From contig NZ_CP027570.1 of the NCBI RefSeq assembly GCF_003010495.1, positions 2,040,001-2,072,000 of the forward strand: a stretch of 32,000 nucleotides of DNA. Direction: 5' to 3'. Below the pieces are notes generated by a model. It searched no databases, was not told the DNA's origin, and was given only the letters and a program-made list of their open reading frames with translations. The translations under genes and the position numbers were made by a program. Shown here piece by piece: positions 7,171 through 19,171 of this stretch (positions within the stretch are counted from its first letter, which is position 1; each line of letters opens with the position of its first letter). Origin of the DNA: Megasphaera elsdenii DSM 20460. GTDB taxonomy: Bacteria; Bacillota; Negativicutes; Veillonellales; Megasphaeraceae.

Positions 7171-8442
7171 GTGGCAAAACAGATTTTTGTTACCGGTCAT
7201 AAGAGCCCGGACACGGACTCCATTTGTTCTTCTATTGCTTATGCAAAATTGAAACAGTTACAGGGCATCGACGCTACGCCGATCCGCGCAGGCGAACCGA
7301 ATAAGGAAACGGCCTTTGCCCTTGATTATTTCCACGTCGCTCCCCAGCCGTTGGTCAAGGATTTCTACGTCAAAGTCAGCGAAGCCGTCCACACGGAAGT
7401 AGAAGCCCTTCCGGTCAGCGCTAGCCTGAAAGATGCTGCCAAATGGTTCGCATCCCATGAAAGCGACGTCGCTCCCGTTGCCGACAACGGTCAGTTCGTC
7501 GGCGTCATCGAAAAGAGCCAGCTTGCTGATGAATTCATCAAGACCGTTATGGGCGAAGAATTGAGCACCGTCAAAGGCCTGGCTCATGATCCGGAATTGT
7601 TCTTCAAACCGACCGACAACGGTCACGACATCCCGGCTGATGGCAAATATGCTGTCGTCGAAAATGGTAAATACGTCGGCATGATCTGTGCAGACTGCGT
7701 CGCTGCTGCTGAAAAACAGCCGGTCATCCTCGTCGACCACAACGAAAAGAAACAGATCATCGACGGCATCGACGAAGCATCCATCGTCGGCGTCATCGAC
7801 CATCACCGCATCGGCGGCACCTTGGAAACGGCTGGCCCTATTTCCATCCTCTTCAAACCCGTCGGTTGCACGGCTACCATCGTCACGGGCTTGTATGAAC
7901 AGGCTAAGATCGACATCCCGAAAGACATTGCCGGCCTGCTCTTGTCGGCTGTCATTTCCGATACGGTCCTCTTCCGTTCGCCGACCTGCACGCCGGCTGA
8001 CCGCGAAGCTGCCGAAAAATTGGCTAACATCGCTGGCGTAGACATGGAAAAATACGGCATGGAAATGCTCAAAGCCGGTGCTAACGTCTCCGATTTGACG
8101 CCGGACCAGATTGTCCACAACGACATGAAAGAATTTTCCAGCGGCAATACGACCTTCACAGTGGCTCAGGTCCAGGTCATGGATACGACAGACCTCCTCG
8201 ACCAGAAACAGGTCCTGCTCAACGCCTTGGAAAAATTGCGCGCTGAACACGATTACGCCGCTTCCTTCTTGATGATCACCAGCATCATCGACGAATCGAC
8301 GAACCTCATCTTCGCCGGCAATATGGACGACGTCGTCAGCAGTGCCTTCGGCAAAGACGTCCTCGACAAGGAAGTCTACCTGCCCAAGGTCATGAGCCGT
8401 AAGAAACAGGTCATTCCGCCTATCCTTTCGGCAATGAAATAA
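7171..8442 (+). CDS. ppaC: Family II (Mn-dependent, DHH/DHHA2) inorganic pyrophosphatase with a CBS-pair insertion
   Basis: Contains FVTGHKSPDTDSICS, DHNE and DHHRIGG DHH motifs, a CBS-like insert (FVGVIEKSQL..., KYVGMICADCV), and a DHHA2 C-terminus. I prefer GTG 7171 (RBS GAGGTG at 7159-7164). The ORF opens at 7162. Confidence 0.88.
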   Translation: MAKQIFVTGHKSPDTDSICSSIAYAKLKQLQGIDATPIRAGEPNKETAFALDYFHVAPQPLVKDFYVKVSEAVHTEVEALPVSASLKDAAKWFASHESDVAPVADNGQFVGVIEKSQLADEFIKTVMGEELSTVKGLAHDPELFFKPTDNGHDIPADGKYAVVENGKYVGMICADCVAAAEKQPVILVDHNEKKQIIDGIDEASIVGVIDHHRIGGTLETAGPISILFKPVGCTATIVTGLYEQAKIDIPKDIAGLLLSAVISDTVLFRSPTCTPADREAAEKLANIAGVDMEKYGMEMLKAGANVSDLTPDQIVHNDMKEFSSGNTTFTVAQVQVMDTTDLLDQKQVLLNALEKLRAEHDYAASFLMITSIIDESTNLIFAGNMDDVVSSAFGKDVLDKEVYLPKVMSRKKQVIPPILSAMK

Positions 8443-8456
8443 GTGATGATTTTCAG

Positions 8457-8487
8457 AGGCCCCATCGACACGGTGTGGGCCTTTTTA
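8457..8487 (+). terminator. Rho-independent terminator after the pyrophosphatase gene
   Basis: AGGCCCCA...TGTGGGCCT imperfect stem followed by TTTTT. Confidence 0.6.
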
Positions 8488-8508
8488 TCTGTAAAAGGGG
8501 AATAATGC

Positions 8509-10710
8509 ATGAATCCTATTTTTGATACCCTCAACGACCGCCAGTGTGAAGCCGTCAAGCATACCGAAGGGCCGCTGCTGATTACGGCTGGCGCTGGTTC
8601 GGGCAAGACCAAGGTCCTGACCTGCCGCATTGCCCACCTCCTGGAACTGGGCGTCGCGCCGTACCGCATCCTGGCCATTACCTTCACCAATAAGGCTGCC
8701 AAGGAAATGAAGGAACGCGTGACCAACCTCGTCGGCGCCCAGGCGGACAGCATCTGGCTGAGCACGTTCCATTCGTTCTGTGCCAAGCTGCTGCGCTTTG
8801 AAGTCGACGGCTTCCACGGCTATACGCGGAATTTCACCATTTACGACTCGTCAGACCAGTTGGTCCTGGTCAAGGACTGCTTGAAAAAGCTCAACCTCGA
8901 TGACAAGCAGTTCATGCCGCGGTCCGTCTTGGGGACCATTTCGTCGGCTAAGAACGTCCTCATGGACGCTAAGGCCTTTGCGGCGAAAGCCTCCGATTTC
9001 TACGAACAGAAAGTAGCCGACGTCTACGCCTTGTACCAAGAAAAGCTGCGGGAAAACAATGCTGTCGACTTCGACGACCTCTTGTTCCTGGCCGTGCGCC
9101 TTTTGCAGGAAAAGGAAGATGTTCGGGAAAAGTACCAGTCCCGTTTCCAATATATCTTGGTCGACGAATACCAGGATACGAACCATGCCCAATACGCCTT
9201 GACCAAGATCCTGGCTGCCCGCTGGCGCAACATCTGCGTTGTCGGCGATGCGGACCAGAGCATTTACGCCTGGCGCGGTGCCGATATCCGCAATATCATC
9301 GACTTTACCCGGGACTATCCCGATGCGGCATCGATTAAATTGGAACAGAACTACCGCTCGACAAAGACCATCCTCCACGCCGCCAATGCCGTCATCGACA
9401 ACAACGAAAGCCGGCCCAAGAAGACATTGTGGACGGAAAACCCGGCAGGGAACAAGATTATCCATTACCAGGCCCAGACGGAACACGATGAAGCCGACTA
9501 TATCGCCGGCGTCATCTATAACCGCCACGAAATCAGCCACGAACCGTATGGCGATATGGCCATCCTCTTTAGGACTAACGCCCAGTCCCGTGTCCTCGAA
9601 GAGAAACTCATGCGCTATGCCATTCCCTATACCATGGTCGGCGGCACCAAGTTCTACGACCGCAAGGAAATCAAAGACGTCCTGGCCTATTTGCGATTGC
9701 TCTACAACCCGGAAGACAGCTTGAGCCTGACGCGTATCATCAACGTGCCGAAACGGAACATCGGCGCCACGACGATGGAACACGTCGCAGCCTATGCGGA
9801 AGAACAGGGCATATCCTTGTTTGAAGCCTTGTCGTCGACGGACGAGATTCCCGTCACCAAACGAGCCCGGACGTCGTTGGAAAACTTCGCCGCCATGATT
9901 TTCGACCTCCTCAACGACATCGAAGGCAAAGATGTCTTGAGTCTCATCGAAACGGTCATCAAAGAGACGGGCTACGGTGATATGCTCGATAAAGAAGCGG
10001 AACATGACCCGCAAGGCGAAAGCCGCAAGGAAAATGTCGGCGAATTCCTGTCTGTCGCCAAAGATTACATGGACAGCAATCCCGACGGCAACCTCCAGGA
10101 CTTTTTGGAAAACGTCGCCCTGGTCAGCGATGTCGATGATTTTGAAAGCAGTGATTCCAAAGTGACCCTCATGACTCTCCACGCCGCCAAGGGGTTGGAA
10201 TTCCCTGTCGTCTTCCTGACCGGCCTCGACGAAGGCCTGTTCCCGCACAGCCGGACCCTGCTGGACCCGGCGCAAGTCGAAGAAGAACGGCGCCTGGCCT
10301 ACGTCGGCATTACCCGGGCAGAACGGCAGCTCTACGTGACCAATGCCATTACGCGGACCATGTACGGCCGCATCTCGGCGTATATGCCCAGCCGCTTCTT
10401 GGCGGAAATTCCACCGCAGCTCATGGAAGACTACCATCGCAAGAGCGCCATGCCCCAGAGCCGGACGACGGCCGTGCCTGGGAAACAACGCGTCTCCATC
10501 TTGACCAAGCCCGTCGCGTCGAGCCTGCCGAAAAAACACGCCGTGACCGACACCTTTGCCAAAGGCGACAAAGTCCGCCACAAAATCTGGGGCATCGGTA
10601 CTGTCCTCGACGTCATCGGTGAAGGCACGAACATGCAGATGAAAATCCAATTCCCAACAAAAGGCGTCCGCCAAGTCGTCGTAAAATACGCCCCCTTAGA
10701 GAAAATATAA
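8509..10710 (+). CDS. pcrA: ATP-dependent DNA helicase PcrA (UvrD/Rep superfamily 1)
   Basis: 733 aa. Contains Walker A AGAGSGKT, LVDEYQDTN, and the ...LMTLHAAKGLEFPVVF... helicase motifs. The conserved Firmicute pcrA-ligA gene order is present. Confidence 0.95.
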   Translation: MNPIFDTLNDRQCEAVKHTEGPLLITAGAGSGKTKVLTCRIAHLLELGVAPYRILAITFTNKAAKEMKERVTNLVGAQADSIWLSTFHSFCAKLLRFEVDGFHGYTRNFTIYDSSDQLVLVKDCLKKLNLDDKQFMPRSVLGTISSAKNVLMDAKAFAAKASDFYEQKVADVYALYQEKLRENNAVDFDDLLFLAVRLLQEKEDVREKYQSRFQYILVDEYQDTNHAQYALTKILAARWRNICVVGDADQSIYAWRGADIRNIIDFTRDYPDAASIKLEQNYRSTKTILHAANAVIDNNESRPKKTLWTENPAGNKIIHYQAQTEHDEADYIAGVIYNRHEISHEPYGDMAILFRTNAQSRVLEEKLMRYAIPYTMVGGTKFYDRKEIKDVLAYLRLLYNPEDSLSLTRIINVPKRNIGATTMEHVAAYAEEQGISLFEALSSTDEIPVTKRARTSLENFAAMIFDLLNDIEGKDVLSLIETVIKETGYGDMLDKEAEHDPQGESRKENVGEFLSVAKDYMDSNPDGNLQDFLENVALVSDVDDFESSDSKVTLMTLHAAKGLEFPVVFLTGLDEGLFPHSRTLLDPAQVEEERRLAYVGITRAERQLYVTNAITRTMYGRISAYMPSRFLAEIPPQLMEDYHRKSAMPQSRTTAVPGKQRVSILTKPVASSLPKKHAVTDTFAKGDKVRHKIWGIGTVLDVIGEGTNMQMKIQFPTKGVRQVVVKYAPLEKI

Positions 10711-13206
<2,496 letters not shown>

Positions 13207-13428
13207 ATAAGCAACCTCTCAGTCAGCAGAGCTGCCAGCTCCCCTACAAAGGGAGCCTTAAGCCTCCCCTGATAGGCCCTTTTTGGCCCGTCAGGGGCAG
13301 TTGTACGGATGCGGCGTCCCGCCGCGACAAACACAAACCAATAACGACGACTCGCGTAATCCTCAGCCGTATCGTAATGCCCCTTGCCGGAGGCTATCGT
13401 AGGGGACGGCCAAAGGGCGTCCCGCTCA
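13207..13428. repeat. Mosaic repeat block R5
   Basis: Contains the 5' half of the 164-nt element (13211-13296), a short hairpin (13308-13328) and a REP-like hairpin (13399-13425). Confidence 0.85.
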
Positions 13429-14006
13429 GAATAGTGGCTACATTCGTAACAGACTAAGGGCGATGATTTTATGAATCAACATTTTCACCCGGAAAGTTGA
13501 TGGTGTAAAATAATTGTGGGGAAACTTTAATGCATTAAAGAAAACATAATTACCTGTTGAATGAATAGCTGGGATTGGATAAGTCTACGCATATTGAGCC
13601 ATTGTGCCGAGCTCGTTTAGTCACACGTTCTGCAGATGTCAGTTATCGTAAGTCCGTTGCGCTTACGCCTCCGGCCAGCTTGAGTGGGCAAAGTGTCTTA
13701 CAGTCTATTCGTAAACTGGAAGCCTATGCGCGGAAACAATTCACGGCTCATAGGCAGACGAGAAAACCCGAAGTTAATCAAGAAATATTGAAGAAAGAAT
13801 GGAGTCGCCGAAAATTGCCGTATTGTACGTACGTTCCCGATGAAGCAGCTCATATGCCGGGGCGTGAATCAACTTTGAACGGTAATGGATGCGACTCATA
13901 GAAAATGGTGGTTATCAGCATATTATGTAACGCTTATACCAAGGTCCTTTTTCTCACTCAAAAAAATTCCCATAATATGTTGACACCGTCAAAGTTCTTC
14001 ATGACT

Positions 14007-14035
14007 TTGTATGGCAGGTTCTTTTTTGGTATAAT
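14007..14035 (+). promoter_or_regulatory. Candidate promoter of the rfb locus (extended -10)
   Basis: TTGTAT (14007-14012), a 17-nt spacer containing TGn, then TATAAT (14030-14035). Confidence 0.5.
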
Positions 14036-14069
14036 TAAGTGTTAAAATTTACGGTGAGGAGTGATTTTT

Positions 14070-14954
14070 TTGAAAGGGATTGTATTAGCTGGTGGTAGTG
14101 GGACGCGGTTGTATCCGCTGACGATGGTGACGTCTAAGCAGTTGTTGCCGGTGTATGATAAGCCCATGATTTATTATCCGTTGTCGACGTTGATGTTGGC
14201 TGGGATTCGGGATATTTTGATTATTTCGACGCCGACGGATTTGCCGAATTTTGAACGGCTCCTGGGAGATGGGTCCCGCTATGGTATTCATTTGAGTTAT
14301 AAGGTGCAGCCGTCACCAGATGGATTGGCTCAGGCTTTTATTCTCGGTGAAGAATTCATTGCCGGGGAACCGTGTGCTATGGTTTTGGGCGATAATATTT
14401 TCTACGGTGCTGGGCTGACCCGTCATTTGCAGCAGGCTGCAGCCAATACGGAAGGGGCTACGGTGTTTGGCTATTATGTCGATGATCCGGAACGGTTCGG
14501 CGTCATTGAATTCGATGAAAAGGGCAAAGCCATTTCTATTGAAGAAAAACCGGCACAGCCAAAGACGAATTACGCTGTTACGGGCCTGTATTTTTATGAT
14601 AAGCATGTTTGTGAATATGCTAAACAAGTCAAGCCGTCGGCGCGGGGCGAACTGGAAATCACGGACTTGAATCAGATGTATTTGGAAAAGGGGAATCTCA
14701 ACGTCGTCACCCTGGGACGGGGTTACGCCTGGCTCGACACGGGAACAGTCAACAGCCTGAGCGAAGCTTCGAACTTCGTCAAGGCTGTAGAAACGAGGGC
14801 CGGCATCCAGATTGCCGCCTTAGAAGACATCGCCTATGGCCACGGCTGGATCGATAAAGAAACCCTCATGGAAAGCGCCATAAAATACGGCAAGAGCCCA
14901 TATGGACAATATTTGAAAAAAGTCGCAGAAGGGAGATTTTTGAAAGATTTGTAA
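14070..14954 (+). CDS. rfbA: Glucose-1-phosphate thymidylyltransferase
   Basis: TTG 14070 lies 8 nt after GAGGAG and gives [18 protein letters not shown]..., the canonical RmlA N-terminus. The ORF opens at 14061. Confidence 0.93.
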   Translation: MKGIVLAGGSGTRLYPLTMVTSKQLLPVYDKPMIYYPLSTLMLAGIRDILIISTPTDLPNFERLLGDGSRYGIHLSYKVQPSPDGLAQAFILGEEFIAGEPCAMVLGDNIFYGAGLTRHLQQAAANTEGATVFGYYVDDPERFGVIEFDEKGKAISIEEKPAQPKTNYAVTGLYFYDKHVCEYAKQVKPSARGELEITDLNQMYLEKGNLNVVTLGRGYAWLDTGTVNSLSEASNFVKAVETRAGIQIAALEDIAYGHGWIDKETLMESAIKYGKSPYGQYLKKVAEGRFLKDL

Positions 14955-14957
14955 GGA

Positions 14958-15410
14958 ATGTTTGAGGTTTGATGTTTGATGTGAATGGTGCGAAATTTGT
15001 GAGAAAGGAGTGCTTGGTGTGCCTTTACGATCGTTTCGTGATTTAATCGTTTGGCAAAAAGCAATGCGATTGGCACGAGAGACTTATTGCTTGGTCAAGT
15101 TGTTACCTATGGAGGAACGCTATGCTTTGTCTGATCAAATGAGAAGGGCTGCTGTATCTATTCCTTCTAATATTGCAGAAGGTCAATCGAGAAATACTAA
15201 AAAAGAATTTATTCAGTTTTTGCATATTGCTAAAGGTTCTAATTCAGAATTGATGACACAATTTTTATTGTGCTTGGATTTTGAATATTTGAAAAAAGAA
15301 GAGATTCAAAAGGTTATGAAATTATGCACTGAAATCGATGGACTGCTCGGCGGTCTGATAAAAAGCTTAAAAACTAACCTGGTTTAACATCATACATCAA
15401 ACATCAAACT
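14958..15410 (+). mobile_element. Cassette: four-helix-bundle gene flanked by GTTTGAT-type heptad inverted arms (IVS-like insertion, inferred)
   Basis: The arms are 14960-14987 and 15382-15409. A 16-bp perfect inverted repeat joins 14967-14982 and 15394-15409. The interior is visibly AT-richer than rfbA and rfbB. An empty homologue lies at 591-672. Confidence 0.55.
15019..15387 (+). CDS. Four-helix-bundle protein (23S rRNA intervening-sequence protein family; Avd-like fold)
   Basis: ...FRDLIVWQKAMRLARETY...RRAAVSIPSNIAEGQSRNTKKEFIQFLHIAKGSNSEL... is a clear family signature (PF05635/TIGR02436). I prefer GTG 15019 (8 nt after AAGGAG). The ORF opens at 15010. Confidence 0.9.
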   Translation: MPLRSFRDLIVWQKAMRLARETYCLVKLLPMEERYALSDQMRRAAVSIPSNIAEGQSRNTKKEFIQFLHIAKGSNSELMTQFLLCLDFEYLKKEEIQKVMKLCTEIDGLLGGLIKSLKTNLV

Positions 15411-15459
15411 GCTATTATTTAGGTGATAAAAGTATTATATCGAAAGAGGAGAACGGAGC

Positions 15460-16482
15460 ATGACTATCATCATCACCGGCGGTGCCGGTTTCATTGGGTC
15501 GAATTTTGTGTTTCATATGTTGAGGGAGCATCCGCAGGACCGGGTGATTTGTTTGGATAAGTTGACGTATGCCGGGAATTTGTCGACGTTGGCACCGGTT
15601 ATGGGGCAGGATAATTTCCGTTTTGTCAAGGCCGATATTTGCGACCGCGGTGCGGTGTATTCGTTATTCGAAGAAGAACATCCCGATGTGGTCGTCAATT
15701 TTGCGGCGGAATCCCATGTCGACCGATCCATTGAGAATCCGGCGATTTTCTTGGAAACGAATATCATGGGGACGGCGGTTCTCATGGATGCTTGCCGCAA
15801 GTACGGCATCCAGCGGTATCATCAGGTATCGACCGATGAAGTCTATGGGGATTTGCCCTTGGACCGGCCGGATTTGTTCTTTACGGAAACGACGCCGATT
15901 CATACATCCAGCCCGTACAGTTCCTCCAAGGCGTCGGCTGATCTCTTGGTCCTGGCCTATCATCGGACCTATGGCCTGCCGGTGACCATCAGCCGCTGCT
16001 CCAATAATTATGGGCCCTATCATTTTCCGGAAAAATTGATTCCCCTCATGATTATCAATGCCCTGCATGACAAGCCGTTGCCCGTTTACGGCGATGGACT
16101 CAACGTTCGCGATTGGCTCTATGTCGAAGACCATTGTCGGGCTATCGACCTCATCCTCCAGAAGGGCCGCGTCGGCGAAGTCTATAATGTCGGCGGCCAC
16201 AATGAAATGAAGAACATCGACATCGTCAAATTGATTTGCAAAGCATTGGGCAAGCCGGAAAGCCTCATCCATCATGTTACCGACCGCAAAGGTCATGACC
16301 GGCGCTACGCTATCGACCCGACGAAAATCCATGAAGAATTGGGCTGGCTGCCGGAAACGAAATTTGCCGACGGCATCAAAAAGACCATCCAGTGGTACTT
16401 GGACCATGAAGACTGGTGGCAGCCCATTATTTCCGGCGAATACCAGCAGTATTACCAGAAGATGTATGGAAGCCGAGGCTGA
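15460..16482 (+). CDS. rfbB: dTDP-glucose 4,6-dehydratase
   Basis: 340 aa. Contains [11 protein letters not shown] (Rossmann fold) and YSSSK (catalytic YxxxK), and looks like RmlB throughout. Confidence 0.95.
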   Translation: MTIIITGGAGFIGSNFVFHMLREHPQDRVICLDKLTYAGNLSTLAPVMGQDNFRFVKADICDRGAVYSLFEEEHPDVVVNFAAESHVDRSIENPAIFLETNIMGTAVLMDACRKYGIQRYHQVSTDEVYGDLPLDRPDLFFTETTPIHTSSPYSSSKASADLLVLAYHRTYGLPVTISRCSNNYGPYHFPEKLIPLMIINALHDKPLPVYGDGLNVRDWLYVEDHCRAIDLILQKGRVGEVYNVGGHNEMKNIDIVKLICKALGKPESLIHHVTDRKGHDRRYAIDPTKIHEELGWLPETKFADGIKKTIQWYLDHEDWWQPIISGEYQQYYQKMYGSRG

Positions 16483-16494
16483 AACCCCGGCGCA

Positions 16495-16830
16495 GTTCGC
16501 AGGCCGCCTCGGATTCAGATGCGGCGTTGCCGCGACAATTCATGATTGTATTACGACCATGAATCGTTCGTCATAAATTTTGGCCATGCCTAGGATTCAC
16601 GCGGGACGCCTTAGCAGGACGTCCCCTACGAAATCGCATGCAGGCGATAAAAAAATTATGCGGCTACAAGCCGCAGCTGTAGGGGCCGTCCCAAAGGGCG
16701 GCCCGCTGTGAACAGTTGGAGAGATATCCGGACGGTCAACATGGCACGCAGTATGTTGTTATGCCCCGCTATTCCGAACGGGCGCCCCTACAGTTGTTGG
16801 GATTGTCAATTCATAGAAATTGCGTAGAGG
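16495..16830. repeat. Mosaic repeat block R6
   Basis: Short hairpin 16518-16535, REP-like hairpins 16600-16629 and 16679-16706, and a collapsed one at 16779-16791. About 280 bp (16519-16815) is repeated directly at 19359-19635. Confidence 0.85.
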
Positions 16831-16910
16831 CGATGTGAAATGAACGCAGTTTGCAGGCGGTTGGTCCTATGTCAAGATTTCGGACAAATTAAATTGAGGT
16901 TTTTCGTTTC

Positions 16911-17825
16911 TTAGATTCCCAGACGCATATTATGTTTCTGGAAATCAGCATACAGCTTTTCATAGTCATCCGGTGACATGTAGTTGCAATGGCTATGAAT
17001 GCGTACGGTGTTGTAAAAGGTATTGATGTATTCAAACACCAACAAGTACGCTTGCTGATAATTTTGAATCTTGAAGCGATTGAGCCATTCCCGTTTAATC
17101 AGGGAGTGGAAGGATTCGATGCAGGCATTGTCCCATGGATAGCCTTTCTTCGAATAGCTGCGGCGCATTTGGGATGTCTCCCGAATATATGCCTGCGAAA
17201 CATACTGGCAGCCACGGTCCGAATGGATAACCAACAGCTGTCCGGGTTTCCGGCATTGTTTGGCTTCCTGCAGCATCTTGACGATGCCGGCGACGTCCAG
17301 ATTACGGGCCAGATTCCAGGCGATGATTTTCCTGGAGAACAAATCCATAATGCTTTCCAAATAGACGAAACCTTCAGCTGTCCAGATATAGGTGATGTCG
17401 CTGCACCATACTTGATCCGGTTCTTCAGGATTGAAGCATTCCTGAAGGATATTCACCAGCGCCACGTCAAAGTCACTGTTACGGGTCGTTACGGTGTAAT
17501 GCTTTACCCAGCAGGCCTGAATGCCCATTTGCCGCATGTATACGCCAACTGTGCGTTCAGAGATACTGTCCCCGTTCTGCTGCATAACTTGGGCAATCTT
17601 CGGGGCTCCGTAAATCTGCTTGGAATCGTCGTAGATAGTTTGAATCTTTTTCTTCATCTCCTTGCGGTGCTGGGCCTGTTTCGATGGTTTGCGCGCCGCC
17701 CAGTCATAATATCCTGAAGAAGAAACGTCGAGTTCAGAAAGCACTCCGGACACCGAAAAACGACGTTCTGCCTGATGGGCATTTTCGGCTTCTTCCTGGA
17801 CACTGCGATAGATGGCAATGGTCAT
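16911..17825 (-). CDS. IS3-family transposase OrfB (DDE integrase core)
   Basis: 304 aa. Contains ...WCSDITYI..., ...HSDRGCQYVS... and ...YPWDNACIESFHSLIKRE..., the typical rve/DDE domain. Confidence 0.92.
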   Translation of the reverse strand: MTIAIYRSVQEEAENAHQAERRFSVSGVLSELDVSSSGYYDWAARKPSKQAQHRKEMKKKIQTIYDDSKQIYGAPKIAQVMQQNGDSISERTVGVYMRQMGIQACWVKHYTVTTRNSDFDVALVNILQECFNPEEPDQVWCSDITYIWTAEGFVYLESIMDLFSRKIIAWNLARNLDVAGIVKMLQEAKQCRKPGQLLVIHSDRGCQYVSQAYIRETSQMRRSYSKKGYPWDNACIESFHSLIKREWLNRFKIQNYQQAYLLVFEYINTFYNTVRIHSHCNYMSPDDYEKLYADFQKHNMRLGI

Positions 17826-18103
17826 TTGTCCAGAATGCTGATAGCTTTTTTTAGGACATTCAACGCATCCTTCGCATCCCGCAGTTCACGCTGCAGACGG
17901 GCGATTTCCTTAGCTTCATCCGAAGCATAGTTGCCGGAACCACGATAAGGCATTTCGCCATTGTCCTTCAGCTGCTTTTGCCAACGGGACAAGGTTTGTG
18001 GAGCAATACCTAGATTCGTAGCACAGCCAACCAAGCCGAGTTCCCGATGTTCATGATAATATTTAACTGCGTTGATTTTGAATTCTTTGTTGAATTTTGC
18101 CAT
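17822..18103 (-). CDS. IS3-family transposase OrfA (HTH)
   Basis: 93 aa: MAKFNKEFKINAVKYY...LGIAPQTLSRWQKQ... with a leucine-zipper-like tail. It ends just after the A7 frameshift motif, and the -1 frame continues into OrfB. Confidence 0.9.
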   Translation of the reverse strand: MAKFNKEFKINAVKYYHEHRELGLVGCATNLGIAPQTLSRWQKQLKDNGEMPYRGSGNYASDEAKEIARLQRELRDAKDALNVLKKAISILDK

Positions 18104-18250
18104 ACTGAGGCCTCCTTAGTTAATCCTATTGTACCACCATTAGGAACCTCAGTTTGACTTGTCCTATTTATATGCTAACACCAGGTCTGTGGTCTGCGTT
18201 TACCTGATAACGATGGTGTAATAAGAAAGTATGAAAGGGGAATCCATCCT

Positions 18251-19171
18251 ATGAAAATCTTTGTAACGGGTGTGAATGGCCAGTTGGGTCATGATGTGAT
18301 GAATGAATTGATTCGCCGCGGTCATATAGCGGTGGGCAGTGGTTCGAAGGCGGTGTACAGTGGTATGGCTGATGGGACGGCAGTGACGACGGCGCCGTAT
18401 GTGTCTTTGGATATTACCGATGCTGATGCCGTACGGCGGGTCATTACGGACGTGCAGCCCGATGCGGTCATTCACTGTGCGGCTTGGACGGCTGTCGATT
18501 TGGCCGAAGGTGATGACAAAGTGGCTCAGGTCCGGGCCGTCAATGCCGGCGGGACACAGCATATTGCCGATGTCTGCAAAGAACTGGACTGCAAGATGCT
18601 CTATCTCAGTACGGATTATGTGTTCAACGGTCAGGGAACGGAGCCGTGGCAGCCGGACTGCAAGGATTACCAGCCTCTCAATGTCTATGGTCAGACGAAG
18701 CTCGAAGGTGAACTGGCTGTGTCGCAGACGCTGGAAAAATATTTCATCGTCCGTATCGCCTGGGTATTCGGTCAGAATGGCAAGAATTTCGTTAAGACCA
18801 TGCTCAATGTCGGCAAGACGCACGATACGGTTCGCGTCGTCAATGACCAGATTGGCACGCCGACGTATACCTTTGATTTGGCCCGGCTGCTGGTGGATAT
18901 GATTGAAACTGAAAAATACGGCTATTACCATGCGACCAACGAAGGCGGCTACATTTCCTGGTACGACTTTACCTGTGAAATCTATCGCCAGGCCGGCTAC
19001 AAGACAAAAGTCCTTCCTGTCACGACGGAAGAATACGGCCTGTCCAAAGCCAAACGGCCCTTCAATTCCCGCTTGGATAAAAGCAAACTCGCCGCCAATG
19101 GCTTCCGGCCGCTGCCTGACTGGAAAGATGCCTTGAAGCGGTATTTGGAAAATTTAGTGTCTCGTGGCTAG
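18251..19171 (+). CDS. rfbD: dTDP-4-dehydrorhamnose reductase
   Basis: 306 aa. MKIFVTGVNGQLGHDV...STDYVFNG...YGQTKLEGE is RmlD-like. The last codons and the TAG stop lie inside heptad arm 19157-19191. Confidence 0.93.
   Translation: MKIFVTGVNGQLGHDVMNELIRRGHIAVGSGSKAVYSGMADGTAVTTAPYVSLDITDADAVRRVITDVQPDAVIHCAAWTAVDLAEGDDKVAQVRAVNAGGTQHIADVCKELDCKMLYLSTDYVFNGQGTEPWQPDCKDYQPLNVYGQTKLEGELAVSQTLEKYFIVRIAWVFGQNGKNFVKTMLNVGKTHDTVRVVNDQIGTPTYTFDLARLLVDMIETEKYGYYHATNEGGYISWYDFTCEIYRQAGYKTKVLPVTTEEYGLSKAKRPFNSRLDKSKLAANGFRPLPDWKDALKRYLENLVSRG

Larger units (their letters stand above)
16870..18180 (-). mobile_element. IS3-family insertion sequence (ends approximate, +/- 10 bp)
   Basis: orfA and orfB overlap, with an A7 slippery run (17846-17852 on the minus strand). 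Subterminal inverted repeats GGACAAATTAAATTGAGGTT (16882-16901) and 18145-18164 match at 17 of 20 positions. I could not identify a target-site duplication with confidence. Confidence 0.8.

Noticed and set aside
13575-13901. The 108-aa ORF as a real protein-coding gene.
   Set aside because: It has a TTG start without an RBS, no recognisable domain, and atypical composition. I kept it only as a low-priority observation, not as a feature.
15019-15387. Diversity-generating retroelement, because the four-helix-bundle protein shares the Avd fold.
   Set aside because: There is no reverse transcriptase, no template/variable repeat pair and no target gene nearby. The neighbours are rfbA and rfbB.
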